A DNA stretch of 20,331 nucleotides from Nitrosopumilus sp. (GTDB lineage Archaea; Thermoproteota; Nitrososphaeria; Nitrososphaerales; Nitrosopumilaceae). Below the pieces are notes generated by a model, which ran no database searches, had not been told where the DNA came from, and worked only from the letters and a program-made list of their open reading frames with translations. The stretch is from contig JAGQHE010000097.1 in assembly GCA_020431995.1 (NCBI GenBank), positions 1-20,331 on the forward strand. The letters are read 5' to 3'. A program made the position numbers and the translations under genes. Numbering within the stretch: position 1 is the stretch's first letter; each line of letters starts with the position of its first letter. Positions 15,943-20,331 of the stretch are shown here, in pieces.

Positions 15943-15971
15943 CCAAAACGGGGGCATACCATTTTTACTCT
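15943..15971 (-). repeat. aEF-2 3' terminus plus adjacent sequence (proximal att/TSD-like repeat)
   Basis: The minus strand reads AGAGTAAAAATGG-TATGCCCCCGTTTTGGGC and includes the last codon and a half and the TAA stop of aEF-2. It is repeated at 11429-11403. A degenerate third copy (CAAAGTAAAACGGTATTGCC) lies at 15897-15878. Confidence 0.5.
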
Positions 15972-18157
15972 TTGTCGATGAACTCGTTGACGCCTGGAGG
16001 GTCTGGCGCAAGCCCTTTTCTTTTCCTAATGTCCGCTACTGCGGATGCCAGCATTGACTTTGGGACCTCTGTCCATTCCTTAAAGGAGGTGTTCCATGTC
16101 GCACGTCCTGCGGTCTGGCCCCTCATCTCCTCAGACAATGTGAACGTCTCAGAGGCAGGAATCTCGCCTACAATGATGCTTGATGCGCCCTTTTGCTGCA
16201 TGTCTAATACCTTGCCACGCTTGCCAGAAAGAACAGTTGCCACGTTTCCGACCAGGTCAGTTGGGACACGTACCTCGATTGCTAGCGTAGGCTCCAGGAC
16301 TGCTGTACCTGCAGTAAGCAACGCGCCCATACATGCCCTGCGTGAGGCGGGTCCAAGCTGTGACAGTCCCCTGTGTGCAGTGTCCTCATGAGGAACAAAG
16401 TGAGTAAATATGAACTTGCAGTTTCTCATCTGCTCCTTGCACAGAGGCCCTTCTTTCATTACTTCTTCAAACCCGGAATTGATAGAGTCAGTTGACTCTT
16501 GTACAAACTGGACACCCTTTGTCCCATTGATCAGTACGTTTCCACGCGAGTCAAACTTCATGACCCTCTTGATAGTATCAGTATCCCATCCAGCCTCTTT
16601 TAGCAAGTCAGCTACAACTTTTTTGTCCTTCATGTCGCTGATTTCGCCGGTCCTAAGCATGTGGGCAATCTTTGGCTCCAGTGGCTCCACCTTCATGAAA
16701 ATCTTGTTGTGCCTGTTAGGGGATTTTGCCATGACTGGTTCGCATGTACCCTTGACAGTCTCCCTGTAGTTAATCAAAGGTTCGGAAGTCACAATCTCAC
16801 ATTTTGCATCCTGGATTCTGTGCGTTGCAACATCAAGGTGCAACACGCCCATCCCGGCAACGATTGTCTCTCCACTTTCCTCATCTATCTTTACAATGAG
16901 GTTTGGATCCTCAATGGTAAGCTGCTTTAGGATTTCTACGAGCTTTGGCAGGTCTTTAGGATGCTTTGGCTCGATGGCGATTTGAACGACAGGTTCTGAG
17001 ACATACTTTACGCCTTCAAACATAGGGATGCCTTTGACTGACGACAATGTGTTTCCGGCTCTTGCCTCTGTCAGCCCTAGCAGTGCAGGGATGTTTCCAG
17101 CCCCCAGCTCTCCTACCTGCTCTCTCTGGTTGCCCATAAAGAAATTGACTGACTGTATTCTTCCTTCCCTTTTGGAATCAATTATGTTTATTGTCTGGCC
17201 GTCTTTGACGACTCCGGAGAACAGCCTGCCAATTGCGACAGGCCCTGCTGCAGGATCCAACACCATGTTCACAATCATCATGATTGTCGGGCCGTCATCA
17301 CTGCATGCAAGAAGTGCCTTTCCAATGTCAGACTCCAAGTCACCCTTCCAGATTTGAGGTATTCTATACTTTACCGCCTCAGGTGGAGAGGGATGATGCT
17401 TTACGACCATCCCAAGTACTGCGTCAGCCAAAGGTGCCTTTTCAACCAAGACATCGACTTTTTCGTTGACATAGGCGTCAATCACATCCTTGAATGTGAT
17501 TCCTTTCTCCTTCATCAAATCCACGTTTATTGCCCATTTGTCTTTTGCAGAACCAAACGTCACGCTTGCGTTCTGAATTGACACTTTCCATTTTTCTTTG
17601 TACTCTGGCTCTGCATAGGTGTCAATTAGTTGGTTAAAGTTGGAAACTACTTCTGCTAGCTGTTGCTGCATTTTTTCAGGAGTCAGTCTGAGCTCCTTGA
17701 TCAGCCTGTCAACCTTGTTGATAAACAAGACAGGCTTTACTCTCTCCTCAAGTGCCATCCTGGTCACGGTCTCAGTTTGAGTCATAATGCCTTCTACGGC
17801 ATCACATACAACTACGGCGCCGTCAATTGCCCTAAGGCTACGGATTACCCTTCCGCTAAAGTCCACGTGTCCGGGCGTGTCAATCATGTTAATGACGTAT
17901 TCCTGACCCTTTTGAGAAAAGAGCAGTGTTACGTTTGCCTGATAAATCGTAATCCCTCTTTGCTGTTCCTCTTTGTCAAAGTCCATTGCAAGAGCCTTTC
18001 CTGCAGCTGAGGGGGCAATAATTCCAGAGTTTGCCAAAAGGCTGTCACTCATTGTGGTTTTACCGTGGTCAACGTGCGCGATTACACCAAAGTTACGAAT
18101 GTTTGCCTTGTTCTTGATAATTTTCATAACCTCTGCTGTTGACTTGAATTTTGCCAT
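15965..18157 (-). CDS. fusA: Translation elongation factor 2 (aEF-2)
   Basis: 730 aa. GTPase motifs AHVDHGKTT, DTPGHVDF and NKVD are present, along with the diphthamide-region motif HEDTAHRG. Confidence 0.97.
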   Translation of the reverse strand: MAKFKSTAEVMKIIKNKANIRNFGVIAHVDHGKTTMSDSLLANSGIIAPSAAGKALAMDFDKEEQQRGITIYQANVTLLFSQKGQEYVINMIDTPGHVDFSGRVIRSLRAIDGAVVVCDAVEGIMTQTETVTRMALEERVKPVLFINKVDRLIKELRLTPEKMQQQLAEVVSNFNQLIDTYAEPEYKEKWKVSIQNASVTFGSAKDKWAINVDLMKEKGITFKDVIDAYVNEKVDVLVEKAPLADAVLGMVVKHHPSPPEAVKYRIPQIWKGDLESDIGKALLACSDDGPTIMMIVNMVLDPAAGPVAIGRLFSGVVKDGQTINIIDSKREGRIQSVNFFMGNQREQVGELGAGNIPALLGLTEARAGNTLSSVKGIPMFEGVKYVSEPVVQIAIEPKHPKDLPKLVEILKQLTIEDPNLIVKIDEESGETIVAGMGVLHLDVATHRIQDAKCEIVTSEPLINYRETVKGTCEPVMAKSPNRHNKIFMKVEPLEPKIAHMLRTGEISDMKDKKVVADLLKEAGWDTDTIKRVMKFDSRGNVLINGTKGVQFVQESTDSINSGFEEVMKEGPLCKEQMRNCKFIFTHFVPHEDTAHRGLSQLGPASRRACMGALLTAGTAVLEPTLAIEVRVPTDLVGNVATVLSGKRGKVLDMQQKGASSIIVGEIPASETFTLSEEMRGQTAGRATWNTSFKEWTEVPKSMLASAVADIRKRKGLAPDPPGVNEFIDKE

Positions 18158-18180
18158 ATTCGCAAACCAAAGTTTTCAGG

Positions 18181-18187
18181 TATTAAA
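18181..18187 (-). promoter_or_regulatory. Candidate TATA box for aEF-2 (leaderless or very short leader)
   Basis: The minus strand reads TTTAATA followed by 23 nt and then the ATG at 18157. This spacing fits an archaeal TATA box about 25-27 nt upstream of a transcription start at or near the start codon. Confidence 0.3.
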
Positions 18188-18197
18188 CCTTAGCCTT

Positions 18198-19100
18198 CTA
18201 ATAGATCATTTGGTTGGATACGTCACGGATATTTTTTGCAATTACAAAATGACACTCTTTGAGTTTTTTCTTTTTTGCCTCATGCAACACAATCATCTGA
18301 GAGAAGATGGCACCGAAGATCATCTGATCCAGATTCTTCAGAGGCATGTCGGGATGGACCACGTTCATGCCGATTTTTTTCAGGTGCCTTACTAGCTGCT
18401 TGTTGTGGCGGTTCTTGTCCTCAAGGATTATCACAGTGTCTCCCTTTTTTGCCGAAAACAATTCCATGTGGGAGAACTGCTCAATTCTGCAATAGTGCGC
18501 GTCATACCCCAGAACCTCATAGAATTTTGCGGCACAGTACATTGCGATTGGGTAAGTAAACAGATTGCCCAGAATGAATACTCTTTTGGACAGTTTTGTT
18601 CTTTTTGCATCAGACTCTGCCTTTTGGAATACTGATTCGTCGAGAGGCGGGATTTTTCTCACCAATGAAATACATGTAAGGGCGCTTGCAAGAAACGAGA
18701 TGCTGCCTGCAGTGAAGATGCCAGTGCTAGGGAAATCAAGCAGGATTGCTTTGTCAGACGCGTCTACAAGCCTACTGGCAGGGTTTGCCGTTATTGCAGT
18801 CGATTTTCTTGCAGTCTTTGCTGCCTTAATGTTGGATATGGTATTTCCAGAAATTGATACGAAGTAGACATGCTTTGATTGACACGCCTTTCTGTTACTG
18901 TAAAGATCCAGAGGATCAATTGCTCTTACAATCCCGCCAGAGAAAGACTCTGCAAGCAACGAGGATACTAGCGAGTCGCCGCTTCCTGAAAAACAAGTAT
19001 TTTTTTGCGAGATTTGCGAAAGTGGTTTTTGTGGTTTGAACGATTTTAAAAAAGACAGCTGGAGTGCAATGTCTTTTTCAAGGGATTCAATGGAATTCAC
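18198..19100 (-). CDS. SIS-domain sugar-phosphate isomerase-type protein (PGI/PMI- or GlmS-C-terminal-like)
   Basis: SIS motifs are present: FSGSGDSLVSSLLAE and VYFVSISGNTISNIKAAKTARKSTAITANPASRLVDASDKAILL. The length of 300 aa is compatible with a double-SIS fold. Confidence 0.75.
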   Translation of the reverse strand: MNSIESLEKDIALQLSFLKSFKPQKPLSQISQKNTCFSGSGDSLVSSLLAESFSGGIVRAIDPLDLYSNRKACQSKHVYFVSISGNTISNIKAAKTARKSTAITANPASRLVDASDKAILLDFPSTGIFTAGSISFLASALTCISLVRKIPPLDESVFQKAESDAKRTKLSKRVFILGNLFTYPIAMYCAAKFYEVLGYDAHYCRIEQFSHMELFSAKKGDTVIILEDKNRHNKQLVRHLKKIGMNVVHPDMPLKNLDQMIFGAIFSQMIVLHEAKKKKLKECHFVIAKNIRDVSNQMIY

Positions 19101-19182
19101 ATCACCAGATAATTTTTGACATATATTAGAAAAACGGTTTTTTCAGGTTTTGATTTTTATTACGATGGTCCACGAATCAGAT

Positions 19183-20010
19183 ATGGAAATTTTTGTAGGA
19201 CATACTCCTGATTCTGACGACGCCTTCATGTTCTACGGAATGTTTACAGGCAAAGTTCCATCCCCAGGCTTTACAGTAAATCACGTGATAGAAGACATTG
19301 AGAAGCTGAATCGTAAGGCAACAAATCCCCAGCTTGACGTTACGGCGGTTTCTGTCCATGCATGTGCATACATTCCAGGATATACGATCTTGAGAAGCGG
19401 CGGGAGTTTTGGGATTGGTTATGGCCCAATAGTTACCGCAGCAAAGCAGATGTCAATGGACGAACTGAGAAGATGCAGGATTGCAATTCCAGGGAAGATG
19501 ACATCGGCATTTTTGCTGCTCCAGTTGATGATAGGAAAATTTGATTACGTGGAAATGAATTTTAGTGACATTCCAGATGCCGTCAAATCCGGCAAAGTCG
19601 ATGCAGGGTTGGTCATTCACGAGACTCAGTTATCATATGAGCAAGAGGGCAACGTCAAAATTCTAGACGTAGGAGAGTGGTGGGACAAGACGACAAAAGG
19701 ATTGCCAGTACCGCTTGGAATCAATGTGATGAAGACGGATCTTGGAATGGAGACTATTGTGAAGTTTGACAGGTACCTTCAGGCATCAATAGAGTTCGGC
19801 TTGGAGAACTTTGATGATGCCATAGAATACGCCATGCAGTATTCGAGAGGAAAGCCGCGTGATTTAATTGAAAAATTCGTAAGAATGTATGTCAACGAAA
19901 TAACCGTAAACATGGGCGACTCTGGAGAAGAATCAATCAGGAAATTATTTGAGATGGCAAAAGAAAGGAACCTTGTTCCGGACTTTGAGATCAGCATCGC
20001 CACCAAGTAA
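19183..20010 (+). CDS. mqnD: MqnA/MqnD-family menaquinone (futalosine pathway) protein, MqnD-like
   Basis: MEIFVGHTPDSDDAFMFYGM matches the MqnD-type N-terminus (G.SPCPNDTF.FYAL). The overall fold looks periplasmic-binding-protein-like (RIAIPGKMTSAFLLLQL, GLVIHETQL). The likely start is the ATG at 19183 rather than the track start at 19150. Confidence 0.6.
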   Translation: MEIFVGHTPDSDDAFMFYGMFTGKVPSPGFTVNHVIEDIEKLNRKATNPQLDVTAVSVHACAYIPGYTILRSGGSFGIGYGPIVTAAKQMSMDELRRCRIAIPGKMTSAFLLLQLMIGKFDYVEMNFSDIPDAVKSGKVDAGLVIHETQLSYEQEGNVKILDVGEWWDKTTKGLPVPLGINVMKTDLGMETIVKFDRYLQASIEFGLENFDDAIEYAMQYSRGKPRDLIEKFVRMYVNEITVNMGDSGEESIRKLFEMAKERNLVPDFEISIATK

Positions 20011-20037
20011 TTATAGAGCCGGAAAATTTTACCAAGC

Positions 20038-20331
20038 ATGGGAGACGGCATAGGCGGCCCAGTCATCGGGATTCTTACAAACAATGCTTTTGAATTGCTA
20101 GTAAGCCATACCAGAAAAGACAATCAGGAAAGCTATGGAAAGACTGAAAAGATAATTATCGGAAAGATCGATGATCCAGAACATCCGCAGTACGAAGAGA
20201 CCACAAAAGAAGACCTTGAACGCGCGCTGAAGGGAAAATTTGTTTCATGCAACGTTCAATACAGAGACACAAAGACAGACGCGCTTGTTTGCAACGTCTT
20301 TGTTCAGAAGCCTCCGGAAGGATTTGACTAA
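20038..20331 (+). CDS. Hypothetical protein (complete, 97 aa)
   Basis: Clean ORF with an ATG start and a TAA stop at the window end. Composition is protein-like. I recognise no family. Confidence 0.45.
   Translation: MGDGIGGPVIGILTNNAFELLVSHTRKDNQESYGKTEKIIIGKIDDPEHPQYEETTKEDLERALKGKFVSCNVQYRDTKTDALVCNVFVQKPPEGFD

Larger units (their letters stand above)
10917..15964 (-). mobile_element. Decayed, probably tandem casposon-type (Cas1-solo) insertions at the aEF-2 3' end, with cargo or trapped genes
   Basis: The segment lies between the convergent stop codons of the thermosome and aEF-2 genes and is visibly more AT-rich than either. It contains two Cas1 N-terminal relics on the aEF-2 strand. 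Copies of the aEF-2 3'-terminal 13-mer are at 15959-15971 and 11417-11429. It also holds several disrupted genes. The element boundaries are not proven. Confidence 0.45.

Noticed and set aside
11459-15944. 10-nt inverted match GGCACAAAAA (11459-11468 vs reverse complement of 15935-15944) as terminal inverted repeats of the element
   Set aside because: The match is only 10 nt and A-rich. It lies at different distances (about 29 vs 15 nt) from the two att-like repeats, and the flanking bases do not match. It is too weak to call a TIR.
15939-18395. Plus-strand ORFs overlapping aEF-2 (15939..16391, 16410..16769, 16661..16930, 17028..17357, 17284..17469, 17354..17581, 17663..18010, 17973..18395)
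   Set aside because: They are shadow ORFs antisense to a confidently identified 730-aa gene.
1-20331. CRISPR array, cas2/cas4, tRNA or rRNA genes (expected near a cas1 or as integration targets)
   Set aside because: I found no regularly spaced direct repeats, no Cas2- or Cas4-like ORFs and no tRNA-like T-arm or acceptor patterns by visual scanning. A tRNAscan/minCED run should confirm this.

Overview
AT-rich archaeal chromosome segment, most likely Thaumarchaeota (Nitrosopumilales-like); this is an inference from gene content and composition. The clear housekeeping genes are an NADPH-dependent FMN reductase, a divergent Hsp20/thermosome pair, aEF-2, a SIS-domain isomerase and an MqnD-like futalosine-pathway gene. 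The left third (1-6200) is accessory-looking: secreted proteins, a secreted SNase+Excalibur nuclease that appears frameshifted, a gene-poor 1.2 kb stretch and a DNase I-like (EEP) nuclease. The main result is the visibly more AT-rich ~5 kb between the convergent 3' ends of the thermosome gene (10916) and aEF-2 (15965). It holds two independent relics of a Cas1 N-terminal domain in the same orientation. One is a truncated open reading frame (15172-14790). The other is heavily decayed (11120-10961). Each lies downstream of a copy of the last 13 nt of the aEF-2 3' terminus. No cas2, cas4 or CRISPR array is present. I read this as tandem, decayed casposon-type (Cas1-solo) insertions at the aEF-2 3' end, carrying or trapping cargo: an AbiV-like gene, a possible HEPN-like gene split in an A8 tract, a secreted clan GH-A-like glycoside hydrolase and the 3' stump of an Excalibur-domain gene. 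No tRNA, rRNA or CRISPR repeats were seen. All homology calls come from motif recognition by eye and need HMM or BLAST confirmation.
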